The position numbers and the translations under genes are program-made. Of a stretch of 64,000 nucleotides of DNA, positions 26,020 to 40,967 are shown piece after piece. Under the pieces are notes generated by a model. The model was not told the DNA's origin. It did not search any database and saw nothing but the letters and a program-made list of their open reading frames with translations. The stretch comes from Octopus vulgaris (lineage: Eukaryota), in NCBI GenBank assembly GCA_951406725.2, contig OX597823.1, positions 69,688,001 through 69,752,000 on the forward strand, in the 5' to 3' direction. How positions within the stretch are numbered: position 1 is the first letter of the stretch; every line of letters starts with the position of its first letter.

Positions 26020-26560
26020 ACAATAAATATAGGAATAAAGACAGAAATGTGGAGGAGGGATTAGTTGATACCATCGATTTGACTGGTACTTGATACCATC
26101 AACCACAAATGGATGAAAGCCAAAGTTGACCTCGGCAGGATTTAAACTGTGAACATAAACAATCAGGGCCAATACCAAAGGCATTTTGTCAGACACACTA
26201 ACGTCTCTGTTAATTCACCTTCATTAATAATTACTTTTAACAAGACTTGAAATCTTGAGGTAGAGTGTAGAACAATGAAACTGACCCCAGTATTTGACGA
26301 TTATTTCATTTTATCGATATCAGAGAAATGGAAGGCAAAAATGCCCCGTTTGCAATTTGAACTCAGAAAGTTAAGATCCGGAAGAAATATTTCAAGACAT
26401 TTTGTCTAACACTATAACTATTCTGTCAATCTATCGCTCAGAATAACGATAGTTTATGATTTAGGAACAATGACAGAAATTACAAAGGGATAAATCGATA
26501 AGGTTCTTTTTATCAAACCCAGAGGAACGAAAGGCGAGTTCATAACTCGGCGAGATATCC
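26020..26560 (-). mobile_element. Cluster of about 3 degenerate family A SINEs
   Basis: Repeated GGATGAAAG(G)CAAAGTTGACCTCGGC..GATTT(G/A)AACT motifs at about 26110, 26330 and 26530. Confidence 0.75.
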
Positions 26561-28010
26561 CATCTACCCATATGACTTGCTCAATCCACAGCTCAGAGTA
26601 GGCTTATGCAGTCAGACCGCACTTGCCATTCTCATCTACCTTCCAACTAATTTACTGGAAAAGCTAATCTGACAAAATGCTACCACACTAGCTTACCGCC
26701 ATGAAATCGCTGTAGGTGTTGCAGTCTCAGTGCAAGTCTGCGTATCATCAGCAACAGAATGTTCATTCCTCCCCCTCCCAGGGGATATTTATAACAAAAG
26801 GGACGCCCAACCAGTGGAAGTCGTCCCTTTCACAAAAAGTGGAAAAACAGGGCACAATATTGGTCAGGCGTGAAATGGTGTTAGGTACGATGGTCAGTGG
26901 GTAATGTAAGACGGGTACAATGTAAACGTTTACCAATTTTGCGGGTCTTTTCAGGGATAGTTTCCTTTCGGAAAACTTTTATTGACATTGATTTCCATGC
27001 AGGCCACCAAATACCAGTTCTTCTCCAGCTTGAGATCTGAGACAAACCAGAGCTTGAGCAATTTAACTAGCCCTTCTGTTCGACACATTCGACCTCACTC
27101 TCCAGGTGTCGTGGTGTAGGACCACTGACTTTGCTTTGTTGAAGTTTGCCCCTGTCCCAGCCTTGTATTCCCTTAGAGCAGTGCTGGTGACTTGTATATA
27201 CTTGGCGTCACATACTATTATGGAAACGCCGCTCGTGTATGCTCCCCATGTCCTACTTCACGAGGGTCATTCCTTAACGTCATCAGTTTCACTACACACA
27301 GAAGAGGCGATAGAGGAATATCTTCACAAACGAAACGCATAATACTGAAGCGCTACGATAGGTGACCATTCACTTGAAGCACCGAGCAGATGTACACTGT
27401 GACGGTCTAACCACGAAGACGAGACTGAAATCGCCCATGTTACAATGTTAACTTTTACGGCTTTCGTCCCCACATACCTTAGAGCACGAGCTTTAGCCCT
27501 GACGACGCAGCATTCGTGTTTTGCGTTTGGTCGAGGGCCATCTCACTGCGAGCATGTCGATTGCGATGTCTTTTCTAAGCACCTCTTAGCATCTAACTAA
27601 GTTTCACTCTGTTCTATTTTTTATATTGTGTGACCTTACTAAACCTAATTGGTTTTACACTAATGGCCTTTGTTTTTGACGATTGTCCAGCCAACATCCG
27701 CTTAACTAATTCGCTAATCTGTAAGCTGGGCAGAAACGTCCGAGCAGTTGGAAACATCTGAGCAGGTTTGCTAGTTATTTGAAACCCCCTCTCCTATCAG
27801 CTAGTCCCACAAAATCGAAGAGGGTACCGAAAATGGTATTCCAGTCGTCCATAAGTTCTAAAGAGCAGGACGGTCTGAGAAAAACTTCCAGACACTTGAA
27901 AAGATCGGGCTATTTCGTCCCAGTCAGGTGATATTCAGCTACTAGTCTAAAGGCACTTTCTTAGCTTCTGTCTACACCATCTTACCTTCAGCCTCCAAGA
28001 AAATGTGCCG
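26560..28010 (-). mobile_element. Tx1/L1-clade LINE ORF2 relic with internal deletions
   Basis: Endonuclease segment PDLFKCLEVFLRPSCSLELMDDWNTI, linker ECCVVRAKARAL, RT segment AYTSGVSIIV..LREYKAGTGANFNKAKSV (decayed YADD), then EGLVKLLKLWFVSDLKLEKNW, RKLSLK and FL*KGRLPLV..YPLGGGG. Confidence 0.85.
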
Positions 28011-28680
28011 TGAGATCCAGACACTTATTTGCATTCCATTTCTGATGAAATTTTGTAAATATGTAGGACAAGTGATCTACTCTTTATGTGCATGTTCATA
28101 TCCCTTCGCTACTAGAGATAGATTACAGCAATTGTCATGCTGTTGGCAAATATTGAGGCAAAAATACGTGTCTGTCCTCTTATCCCTAAAGAATAAGCTT
28201 GCTCTATTTTTTAATGACCTACCGACTTTGTATAATTCTTGAGATTATCATCCTATCTTATATGGAACTGCTCCCAGTTACTATTTGGTAACTGTAATAC
28301 TTCCTGTGCTTTTCTGTTGTTAATATACATGCCATTGGCCACTCTGTTTTCCCTTGGCTCTCATTTTTGTTTCATTTTAGTCTTCCTCTGCAGTCTGTGC
28401 TATTGGGTTTGTTGCTCCACAATTAAAATTAACAACTATGTGAAATTCTACAGTATATCTTCGCTTCTGGAAGTTAAATTTTCCAAATAATATTCATTAT
28501 CCACAATATTACTGCACTTAGGGCTTTGTATAGCATTAGGGAGCAGATAATGAATCCGGTTTTGGCAAATCCATGCTTTTATAATCTAGAAAATTAAAAT
28601 GTCTTCCCCCTTCATAAGCTGTTCAGGTTCTTTCAATTTGTTCGTAATTTTACGTATTCAAATACAAGTATACACACCCA
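28010..28680 (-). mobile_element. R4/Dong-like LINE RT relic
   Basis: LKEPEQLMKGEDILIS (cf. PEWLT.GRTILIPK) and IICSLMLYKALSAVI (cf. PITCL..MYK.LTAII); 28490-28680 is visibly homologous to 33935-34120. Confidence 0.65.
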
Positions 28681-29001
28681 TGTATGTATGTATATATATA
28701 TATATGTATTCATGCATGTATATGTGTGTGTGTGTGCGTGTGTGTGTATTTGTGTAACATTGTCCGTTTTTCCGTCCTTGTTTTTGTACACATTCGCTGC
28801 TTTCTTAGTCTTTCTTTGGGGCTGGCCAGATTGGAGCGATCTCAAGAATAATCAGCCGAAATTGCGAGGATAATCTGATGCTTGACTGAGGAAAGAAAAC
28901 TTCGAATGACCCGTCCTTGTTTTCTTTGTATCGTCTAACTTGATGTTTTGTTGTCCCTTTTTACATCACCTAGCTGTCCGGATGTTTTGCGTCCTTGTCC
29001 C

Positions 29002-29556
29002 ATTTTTACACGTTAGGCCACTGGATGTGAAAAACTTTAATTAATTTTCCATTTCCCTTTGATATGTTTAAGTATTATAAGCCTTTGGATAATTTTCTGT
29101 TTTAAAAGTTGGCATTTTTTATTGCCGGCGAAGGGCTGCGTCTGTGCAGTAGATTTGGAAAAAATTAGGATATATAAACGGGAGGCATATTGTTTGATTG
29201 CCTCGTTGTTTACATATTTAGCCCAAGGTATACTTGTTGAGGACGATTTCACCTCGTGCGCAAATATTATTTGCTTGCGAAGCTAAAATCAGTAACCAAT
29301 TGGTCTCGGAAACTTGATAGTAAAATGTTTTTATTTTTCATTTCGTTCCTGTCGAATTTTATCCCTAATTTTTGTGGTTATAAAACTTACCTGTTCTTTC
29401 TAGCGTGCTGAATTCCACGAGTGGATTCCTTATGTGTTTAAATGTACACCATATATTATGACTAATTCATAGTCTTTTGGGACTAAATTTTTACACGTTA
29501 GGCCACTGGAAGTGAAAAATTTTAATTAATTTTCCATTTCCCTTTGATATGTTTAA

Positions 29557-29560
<4 letters not shown>
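29002..29560. mobile_element. About 560-bp element bounded by 74-bp direct repeats, ending in (TA)n
   Basis: 29002-29075 and 29487-29560 differ at 2 positions; period 485 bp. Confidence 0.8.
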
Positions 29561-29615
<55 letters not shown>

Positions 29616-29617
29616 CA

Positions 29618-29648
<31 letters not shown>

Positions 29649-29805
29649 CCTTAAATCCTTTAAAATGTTTTAGCCTGAAGGCCGCGGCCATGCTGGGGCA
29701 CGTACATAAATATATATATATATATGTGTATGTGTGTGTGTACTTATGTATGTATGTATGTATGTATGTATGTATGTATGTATAGATAGATAGATAGATA
29801 GATAT

Positions 29806-29888
<83 letters not shown>

Positions 29889-31588
29889 TACAAGTGTTGC
29901 ACAGGCCTTTTGCATGACGCATAATTAATCTTTGGGTATCGTCTCTAATTACCACCAATAGAAAATCATAAAACGTATCTTGTAAATACATCATAAATTT
30001 TGCCTTAATATTCCACTTTTTCACATAAAATTTGAGTTACATACACATGCAAGTACCGTATAAAAGCCCCCCCCCCCAAACACACACACACACATATAAT
30101 CACATTTTCACATTTTCTAATATATATATAAAGAAAATATACAAATCTACATACATACCAATACGAGCAGAGATATGTGCTTATATCTGTGTATGCATGT
30201 ATATATAATACTGTGTGCGCATGTGGATGTGTATGTGTGTGCTTGTATGTGTGTGCTTGTATGTGTGTAAACATATGTGTGTGTCTGTGTGTGTGATGTA
30301 CTGTGATGTACTTCCTCTGTTTAATTGCTTTTCACTGCGTTTTCACTTTAATTAAATACACACACACAGAGGCACACACACATACACAGAATTATATATA
30401 TATATAATTATATTGTATTATATTATGTGTGTGTATGTATGTATATGTGTGTATTTGCTTGTATTTACGAATGTATATATGTACGTAAACATGTGCATGT
30501 GTTTACATATATGTGTATATAATGTCCAAATGATGAAAATGAAAGGAAAAATAAAAATAAAAATAAAAATAATGTTATGCAACAGTGTTTTCTTGTTGAA
30601 AGGGGAAAATTCTGTTAAAAAATCAATAATCAATTATTTCAACATGCCATTTAATCATCTGTTCTGTTCTCTAAATCATGTATTCAATCACTTCCTATAG
30701 ATTGTTGTGACTATTATACATATTTTTTCTCTTATTATATATATATTTTTTATTGCTGTTATTTTTTTTTCTCTATTGTTGTCTTCTTTCAAGAGTTCAT
30801 CATCCATCAAAGTTTTCCTATAACACTGATACAATCCGGTAATTTCATGATGATTGCTTGCTTTGATTCATTTCTTTTTCTCTGTATTTCTTACTTTTAT
30901 TTTCTTGATTAATCTCTGCTACGCTTTTTATTTGTTTGTCTGTTAGTTTGTTTTTCCTGTTTTATTGTTTGTTTTTTTCTTCTTGCTATTTTTTCTCCCT
31001 TCTGCTATGGATTAAGTCCGAGATATTTTACGACCAATACATCATATTCTGATAAATTCTTTTAATTTTAGTACCTTCTTAGTTTCCTCCCTCCTTTTTT
31101 TCTCTTATCTTATAAGAACTATCGTTGGAATTAAAGCGAACATGAAAGGAAAAATTCATCAATTAATTCCAATTTTAAAAGAATAAACAGCACTTGCTTC
31201 ATTGAATCCTGCTTCCTTTTGATAAACACTCGCTATTACATATTTCTTTTTTCCTTTGTTTTCTTTGGGGTTTTTTTAAAGATGTATGTTCAAGTTTTTA
31301 TGGGGATTATTTCTCTTTTCAATCCCCGCATTCTAGTTATCTCTCTTCCCAGATCTTCATATTTCAATAGTTTCTGTGATTCTTTTAGAGATATAACTTC
31401 ACCCGTTGAGGAAACAATACGTGGTCGATTTTTTTTTAAATCGTGTCGTCTGTATGATTTGACATGTCTCAAAGTATAATTAATTTCCTTCTTTCTGAAG
31501 TACTTCGTGTTATATATTTGTACATATAGGTATTTCATAATGCCAGCATAATTTCCACTGCATAAAAGCTCTACTTGTGTAATAGCTG

Positions 31589-31693
<105 letters not shown>

Positions 31694-32498
31694 GCATCTA
31701 TATATGTGTGGCTGCTAGTATTTTCTGTATTGGTCAAGATTGTTCGACCAGGAAACAATGTAATAGATTCTTCTTTCATATCCTTCATATATTCTGGGGT
31801 TACATTGTATATTCTATTTCATTATATGCCTCTGGTAGTCATTGGTTGGACGGCTGCGACAATATATAAAAAAAACTATTCTTTCTTAGCTTCGAGTCCT
31901 TCATTTAACAGCCTCTGCTATGTCCTTTACACACTATCGCTTTGATCTGTCTCGTTAGATATTGGCTATGTAAAGTCTTTTCATGCCAACGGCTAAATAG
32001 AATATTTTCCAATATCTTTGGTTTCTGTTTAGTTTTCAGCAATTCTTTTTTATATATATTTTCTGTGTTATTTATCAACTTTCATTTCAGCTGTATTTTA
32101 CCTCAGACTCTGTTTTATATATGTTGGATTACTTGAAGAAAGAAACCAACATTTCATCCATACGACGATGTTCTCTCCGCGCTATTCTTGGGAGGGTCGG
32201 GGGGAATAGGAACCGTCTTCATGTTGTTTTTATTTTGTAGGTGATTTTTATTAGTTCTTTATTCTTTACTTGTTGTTTTTGTAGTCTTAAAGTAGTTTAT
32301 TTGAAGAAGATCCCTGTATTCGTGGCAATATTTAATCTTTTTGAGTCAGACATTGAATGGTGTAGATTCTAAAGAGAGACAGTCATTAATTTATCTTGTT
32401 TTTTTTTTCTGACGGGTTTTACTCTTATTCTAATATCTACACGATAATATCATAACTATAACTCATTACTAAAACAGAATATAAATACCTATAATCTA

Positions 32499-32907
32499 CG
32501 TAGCTGTCTGGTAAGAAGCTTGCTTCGCAACAGCATGGTTCTGGGCTCAGTCCCACTGCGTGGTACCTTGGGCGAATGTCTTCAACTATAACCTTGGGCC
32601 AACCAAAGCCTCGTGAGTGGATTTGGTAGGCGGAAACTGAAGGGAGCCCGTCGTACATATATATATATTTACCTGTATATGTACGTGTGTCTTTGTGTCT
32701 GTGTTTGTCCCCACTTCACCGCATAACAACCTGTGTTGGTGTGTTTACATCCCCTTAGCGTTTCAGCAAAATACACCGATAGAATAAGTACCAGGCTTTA
32801 AAAAGAAATAAGTACTGGGGTCGATTGGTTCGACTAAAACCCTTCAAGACACTGCTCCAGCATGGCCGCAGTCAAATGACTGAAACAAGTAAAAGAATAA
32901 AAGAATA
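32499..32907 (+). mobile_element. SINE family B
   Basis: Homologous to 14526-14946 along its full length. Confidence 0.92.
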
Positions 32908-33338
32908 AATCATTTATTTATTTCTCACATTTTCTTTCCTCTGTGTATGACGTACTTTGCTAATTTATTAAATCCTTGCTGTTTGTGTTTGTATAAATCT
33001 TATATATTTGATCCTTTATCCATCTTTATATTCGCTACGTATTTCACCTTTACTCTATTCAGCGTTTCTTAGCGCATTTCTTTTCAACAAATTTTCAGTA
33101 CAATTTCTCTGCTTAATCTGTGCATAGTATTTAACAGTGCATTCAGTTGTTTAACATCAGCAGCGTACAGTTTGAGATCATCGATTTTCAAAATAATGCC
33201 GGTTGTCCTCCCGTACAATTCAATTCTCCAAGTAAACTTTGACAGAGCATTCTGAGTGAATGTGTTTCCTTTATGTAGAAAAAGAGCAGACGGATAGATG
33301 AAAATGATCTTGAAACACTCTACTTGAAATAAGACCGT

Positions 33339-33757
33339 ATTCTTTTATTCGTTTATTCTTTTACTTGTTTCAGTCATTTGACTGCAGCCATGCTGGAGCA
33401 CCGCCTTTAGTCAAATCAAATCGACCCCAGGACTTATTCTTTGTAAGCCTAGTACTCATTCTATCGTTCTCTTTTGCCGAACCGCTAAGTTACGGGGACT
33501 TAAACACACCAGCATCGGTTGTCAAGCGATGTTGGGGGGACAAACACAGACACACAACATATACATACGTATATATATATATATACATATATACGACATG
33601 CTTCTTTCAGTTTCCGTCTACTAAATCCACTCACAAGAATTTGGTCGGCCCGAAGTTATAGTAGAAGACACTTGCCCAAGGTGCCATGCAATGGGGCTGA
33701 ACCCGGAACCATGTGGTCGGTAAGCAAGCTACTTACCACACAGCCACGCCTGTGCCT
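33339..33757 (-). mobile_element. SINE family B
   Basis: Homologous to 14526-14946 along its full length. Confidence 0.92.
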
Positions 33758-35464
33758 TGAATTGTTTTACACTTATTCATGACATATTTGATGTAACTAC
33801 TTAACTTCTTATTATTACTATGGCTAATGCTTGAAAAATTTATGGATGGGAAACATTATCAAATTATGCCCCAGACATTTTTGTCTTCCTCTGCCGTTTG
33901 TGGTTATCGTTTTGTTGCTCTGTAGTTATTCATTATCTGCAATATTATTGCAGTTAAGGCTTTGCATACAAATAGGAAGCAGGTCATAAGTCCAGGCTTT
34001 GGCAAATCCCTGATTCTGTAGTCCGTTCTTCTATAATATAATTCCCCATTGGTGAGCCGTTCAGGCTCTTTCTATTTCTTCGTATTACGTGTACAATTCC
34101 AAGTACACATACTCAAATTTGCACTGATTAATATGGTATCCAGCAATTTATAAATATTTCTGAGGGAAAAAGATGTGGTGACTTTGTTGTGCTGATTTGA
34201 TTATTGTCTGTTAGTGTACATGATGGATACTCGACAAAATCAGTAAAATTTGAACGGTTTTAATACTTTAATTAAACATATAACCACATATAATTGCTAA
34301 TATTTTCATCATTTATTGTTAATTTTCTTCGTTGCTATCATCCTAGTTGGTCTTGTCCTTTAGCCATAGGTTAGTCTTAATTCTGAAACACTGTTCAAAG
34401 ACAACCCTGTTATGATCATCACATCTATTTATATATCAGTGATGTTCTAGTGTCTTTCTTTATTCAAGACAACAGGGTACATTTTAAGGAGATTTTGCAC
34501 AAAGTTTTCCGCTCTGTTTTTATTCAACCGATACCGATTAATAGGTATATTATAATATACACGCCTATAGACACTAACACTGTCCGTATCTTTCACTCAA
34601 ATATAAAATAGGTCATTTTGAAGCACTTCTCGAGTTGTCGTACCGAAATCAATTTATGCTTTTGTCAACTTTCTTTACAAGCCAACACTTTCACTTTCCA
34701 ACGAATATGTACACAGTACTAAGACACTAAGACACGTTATTCTTGTCTTTAATAGAATTATCAAACTCTCAATGGTGATCTATGGGAAGCAAAATCAAGA
34801 GTTCAAAGCAAACTACAGGACAAAAATTCCTAATTTATGAACAGGCGATCTAATTACCATTTCCAGTAGACCATTTTATTCTTGCTCACTTCGTTGTAGT
34901 TGTTATAACTCATATATCTTATATATTACAGTATTTTAATGACAAGTTCGAGCAGTTTGCATTCTCTGGTGAACCATAAATCACCTTCATGATAAAGCAG
35001 TAAAGAATATACAGAATGCGCAGAAGAATGTGCAACAAATATGAAGTTCCAGACTTCATAAGATTTTACAAACTTGCCAAAAAAATCTGAGAGAAAAATG
35101 ACCACGAAGCAAAAGGCCAGTTACTAGACATCCGTTATATTTAGACTACGTTAGCAGTCAACTCCTGCTCACAGAAACAGAGACATTTTTCAAATATATG
35201 TATCTCTTTAATGTTCCCGTTTTTTCTTTAATCTTTGTCTTCTTTAGAATGGTAAAGGTTTTGGATATTAGAACATTCCATTCGATTGGCAATACTTATC
35301 CAAATTCTGGATCATAAATCACTCTGCAAAGAAAACAGATAAACTTTCAGCTGACTGAACTATATTTGAAGCTGATAACATTTTATCAATGAATACACAA
35401 TACAATAATTCTATTTCGGTATGTGTGCGTGTGTGCGCTTTGCGGTTTTACGTATGCCAATATG

Positions 35465-35609
<145 letters not shown>

Positions 35610-38214
35610 AAGATAGAGAGGAGTAGTTGCACATGGATATATATATATATATATAACTGCATACAAATATATACACACTTATTTTTATATTTAAATATAT
35701 GTATATATAAAAGGGTACGTGTGTGTGTGTATTCCGTGTTGTTTATTGTCTAGGGTAATGCAGAAGGTGAACCGTGAGTAGAGTGAATTTGACTTGTTTC
35801 AATTTACTTAATTTATAGTTCTGCTCATAATGCATCTCCTGCTGGTGCTAGTGCTGCTACTGCTACTGTTGCTGCTGCTGCTGCTGCAACTGCTGCTGTT
35901 GATACTACCACTGCTGTGCTACTGTTGCTTCCGTTTGTGTTATGGTGGTTGCTATTATTTTGATTATACCGAAATCTGTGCTGCTCAGTCTGTGGCTGTA
36001 GATCTTATAATTCTAATAATCCGGTACTTTTCCCTCGTTCTTTTACTCTCAAGTATTCCAGACTATATTATTCAAAGTATACTTCGCTTTATAGGACGGG
36101 TTTGCCTTTAGTAAAATAACGTTAGTGTGGAGAAAGGACTGCCTGTATAGGCAACTCTCATTCTTTCGCAAAACAATCTTGCCCAGGTCTGCACGTACAG
36201 GGTCTACACTCACCGATGAAGGCTTGCAATATTATGTGCTTCAAGTTTTGACTATCTTTTCTCTTTTTCAGCAGTGAATAAAAACAGTAGTATCTAGATT
36301 GTCACAGTTTTTCCTAAAATGACACAGTATAACTTAATCCTTTGAACACGGGAAGTAGATATATCCAGTCAACATTTTGTTACAGGTAATTGCGGAAAGC
36401 TTTCAAAAACAGACTCCCCTTGTGCTGCGAGGAGCGGAGACACCTCTAGTTGCACATTTTGCAAAAGACAATTTTTCAGATTCTCTTGAATTTTTTCACG
36501 TATTTCCTAAAATATTTTTGTACAGGGCAAAAATCAAATAACTTTAGTGGTGGGTATGAAAACCGTACCTATAGGAGATACTAGAATAAGATTGAAGAAG
36601 TATTTTGGTGGATAATTAACATCATTACAGTAATGACTATGAAATTTAATTATGCAGCCAAAGGGTTAGAGGAGATGGAAATTTCGTTGCTATTTTGGCA
36701 TGCGGAGTTCCTGTTGTTTTTACTGTTACTTAGCTCCGAGTCAGCTCTAATAAATCGGATCTACGTTAGAAGACTTCTTAGTCGTCCCTATCTCATTTCT
36801 TTCTTAGCAATGTATAAAAGAAATATCTAGTGAGACCTCCTTTTACTTAAAACACTCAGCTATTTCTAGAATGCTGAGTATCCAGAGACTTCCCGTTGCT
36901 CGCAAATTGGCCAATAGGCAGCACCATTATAATGTTATATAAGAGGCCGCACGATATTCGTGCTTAATCTCTGCGCTCTGAGTTCAAATCGCCACCTAGA
37001 TCAACTTTTATCTACTCGAATCAATAAGATAAGTATATTCCGGCACGATAGATTGGCAGAACTGTTAGGAAGGAGAGCAAAATGCCTTACAGTATTTGTT
37101 CCGGCTCTTTGAGTTCTAACATCAGCTCTTACCTTAACACTGATTGCAAGTTGTATCGGCCCAGGTTGGAGGCCTCTCCCGTGGTTAAACATCAGTGGGG
37201 AGGAGAGTGGGAAATATATGTGTGCATGGGTAACTGCTCGTCTTCAATAACTCTAAATTAGGCCTGCACACACATGGTGAACATTGACCGATAGGGGCCA
37301 TGAGGTTTTTCTATCATGTGATTCTAATCTACAGCTAGAGGCATTGGGACGTTCGAGACGTAATTAACACTGGCATCAAAAACATCTTTCAAGAAAACGA
37401 TATAAATCGCTAATGTCTCCGTTCGCGGTTCAGCGTCATGAATAGAAAAAGAGATAAATTTCAATACTAAAACTACGTTTTTATGTTAGTATTCATAAAA
37501 TTCATTATATTTCCATATTTAATTAAAGTGTATTAATAACATAGTAATCAATAAGAAAACATTTCTGATAATAGTTTGGTCTAATTGGCTAATTTTTAAT
37601 TAAATGTTACCCTTACACACCTTCTCATTATTTCTACATAATACGGCTCATCAGGTTTCCTTTTGCCTGAATAGGAGAACGGTGACGTAGAGGAGAATAA
37701 CTAGAGAAACAATTCCACTAAAATGACACATTGTCCCAAATAATTACGGAGCTGTCTGTCAATATCCACAGGTCTATTAAAATCAAACTTGGCATACAGC
37801 AGACTCACATTGCCGTTTTAATTCCATTCTAAATTACCGATTTTTCAATTAGCATGCAGATGTATAGTCTTTTGCACAAAATTCTGGGAACTGTAGAATT
37901 TTCTTCACACAAAAAACTATCAGTAAAATACAGATTCTCTCTCTCTCTCTCCGTCTCCCTCCTTCTCTCAGCTTCTCTCGCGTCTCTCAGCTTCTCCCTT
38001 CTCTAAGCTTTTCTCAGATTTTCTCCCTCTTCCTACGTCTCTCCCCCTCTCCCGTGTCCCTCTTTCTCTCTTTCTCTCTGCCTTCTTTCTCGCTATACTT
38101 ACCTATCGCAACCAATCACCTCTTTTTCTCTCTCTTTGTATTTCACTCTCTTCTACACTCACTCTCCTCTATCTCTCTCTCTTTCTCTGTATTTCACTCT
38201 CTTCTACACTCTCT

Positions 38215-38279
<65 letters not shown>

Positions 38280-38489
38280 GTTCTTTACTTCACGCTGTCC
38301 TTTTTCGTTATCTTTCTATCTCTCAACAGTGACTAAAATGGTGAAGAAAAAAACTATCATGGTAAAAATTGCTCTTTCATATTATTATTTTAAAGATAAT
38401 TATCTTGATTAATTTCATTCTTTCCAATTTCGACAATGAGGCACCATCATAGAACTTTTATATTTTTCTTTAAAATTTACCATGTCTTA

Positions 38490-38502
38490 TATACATATAT
38501 AA

Positions 38503-38562
<60 letters not shown>

Positions 38563-38693
38563 ATGTGTGTATAAACATATATGTATATATATACATACAT
38601 ATATTTATATATGTATGTATGCACGTATATAAACATATATCCATGTATAAATATATACATATATATATGTGCATATATATATGTATATATGTA

Positions 38694-38762
<69 letters not shown>

Positions 38763-38939
38763 GTGTGTGTGTATGTATGTATTATGTAGGTGTATGTACA
38801 TATATATAAATTATATATATATGCATGTATACATACGTTTATATATATATAAATATATATATACACAGACCATGAGAGATATACATATACATACGTATGT
38901 ATGTATATTTGCATATATGTATGTATGCATGCATGTATG

Positions 38940-38970
<31 letters not shown>

Positions 38971-39010
38971 ATATGTTTGTATGTATGTATGTAAGTACGC
39001 ATGTATGTAT
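38490..39010. repeat. Compound TG/TA/TATG microsatellite
   Basis: Direct observation. Confidence 0.95.
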
Positions 39011-39349
39011 GTGCACTTTTTGATCATTTTTTATATAAAAACAGTTAATTGGAAAATTTACATTGTTTCCTTTTGTTTTGGAACCAATTTTCTCATAATG
39101 AGATTCTTTGCTACCAATATATAAATATTTATACAACTCTGTTGCTGTTATAGGATTTCAAATAATACTTTTTATTCTCCATCTCCATTCTTTTTTTTCC
39201 TCTGAAATTTGAAGTATAAATTATAGACAATTATATCATAGCAATTTATTTTTACTGATAATATTATTGTTTCAACAGGCTTATTTCTATTACATGTTTT
39301 CACTGCACAGTCGCATAAATTCATATAGTTCGTGTGACCTATAATAGCT

Positions 39350-39350
39350 G

Positions 39351-39403
<53 letters not shown>

Positions 39404-39640
39404 GGGTGGTTGTGGGGGGTGATGATGATGGTGTTGGTTATGATGCTGGTGGTGCTTGTGATGCTGGTGGTAGTGCTGCTGATGGCTATGATGAGGAGGA
39501 GAGTATGAATGAGGATACTGATGTTGATCACGATGACGACGATGATGACGACATACACGATGATGACGATGATGATGATGAAGATGATGATGATGATGAT
39601 GATGGTGGTGATTATGATGACGGTGATGATGATGATGACG
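39350..39640. repeat. (GAT)n degenerate trinucleotide tract
   Basis: Direct observation. Confidence 0.95.
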
Positions 39641-39884
39641 AAGAGTCGACGAATAAAATTCAGTTCGATCAACTAAAGTACGTACTTACTAAATTAACAT
39701 GTATGTAATTTAGTACTCCACGTATACGTTTACTCTCAGATAAGTTAATCCTGTAAACGAACCATAAAGAAACAATAAGGGGACACGATTCGACCTTTAG
39801 ATCCCAGGTAGGATCCATCTGATGGACTTCTATACCGTTTCTGTCGACTCGACTCTATTTTATTATCATGGTGACGTTGGAAGT

Positions 39885-40056
39885 AGACATGACAAAGTGG
39901 CTAAGACGTTCGCTTGGAAATTCCGATGTCCTATGTTGAAACCCACCACCTGATATCTTGGCCAGCAGCCTCTTACCATAGCTTCGATCTCGCTCAGTAA
40001 TAAACACATACGTATATACACACACATGAACATACGCAAATTCTCACCCTCTCTCT

Positions 40057-40155
<99 letters not shown>

Positions 40156-40490
40156 TGTATGTATGTATGTATGTATGTATGTATGCATGCATGTATGAAT
40201 GTATGCATGTACATAAAACCTCGGGCTCACCAAAGCCTTGTCAGTGGGTTTGGTAGACAGAAACTGAAAGAAACCCATCATGTGTACGTATGTGCGTGTC
40301 TTCCTATCTGAGAATTTCCCCCACCTCCGCTAGAAAACCAATGTTGTGTTTACTTCCCTGTATCTAAGCATTTCAGCAAAAGACAACGATTAAATAAGTA
40401 TGAGGACTCGATTTATTCGACTAAAAATTTCTTATGGCTGTGCCCCAGTATGGCCACAGTCTAATGACTGAAACAAATAAAAGATAGAAT
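39885..40490 (+). mobile_element. Degenerate SINE family B with expanded internal microsatellite
   Basis: CCAAAGCCTTGTCAGTGGGTTTGGTAGACAGAAACTGAAAGAA and the tail GTGCCCCAGTATGGCCACAGTCTAATGACTGAAACA. Confidence 0.8.
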
Positions 40491-40492
40491 AT

Positions 40493-40569
<77 letters not shown>

Positions 40570-40588
40570 TATATATATACAATATATA

Positions 40589-40643
<55 letters not shown>

Positions 40644-40726
40644 TATATATATATATATGACCACGTCTGTACCGATGGCGATTTTTTCCCTCTCTCTTCC
40701 CTTCTCTGGATCTTTCCTTCTCCTAC

Positions 40727-40761
40727 GTTTCCGACGAAGAGCTCCGCTCGAAACTTTAAAC
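40727..40761 (+). ncRNA. Minimal hammerhead-like motif (U4C core)
   Basis: GTTT-CCGACGA-A-GAGC-TCC-GCTC-GAAA-CT-T-T-AAAC inside an element of about 220 bp between (TA)n and (TAGA)n. Confidence 0.6.
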
Positions 40762-40865
40762 CCTCCTTCTTTCCTTCTCTCCTGAGCGTTCAATAATACT
40801 ATATTTGTTCTACGTCCTCGCGTTGTTATGTTTTTTTTGTGCTTTCTTGTTTGGATTAACTTTAT

Positions 40866-40960
<95 letters not shown>

Positions 40961-40967
40961 CATTTTT

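Noticed and set aside
28840-28920. CTGATGC/CTGAGGA followed by GAAT
   Set aside because: No consistent stem I/III; chance-level match.
36180-36600. Possible Helitron helicase relic (LTDEGLQYYVLQ)
   Set aside because: One short resemblance with no intact Walker motifs.
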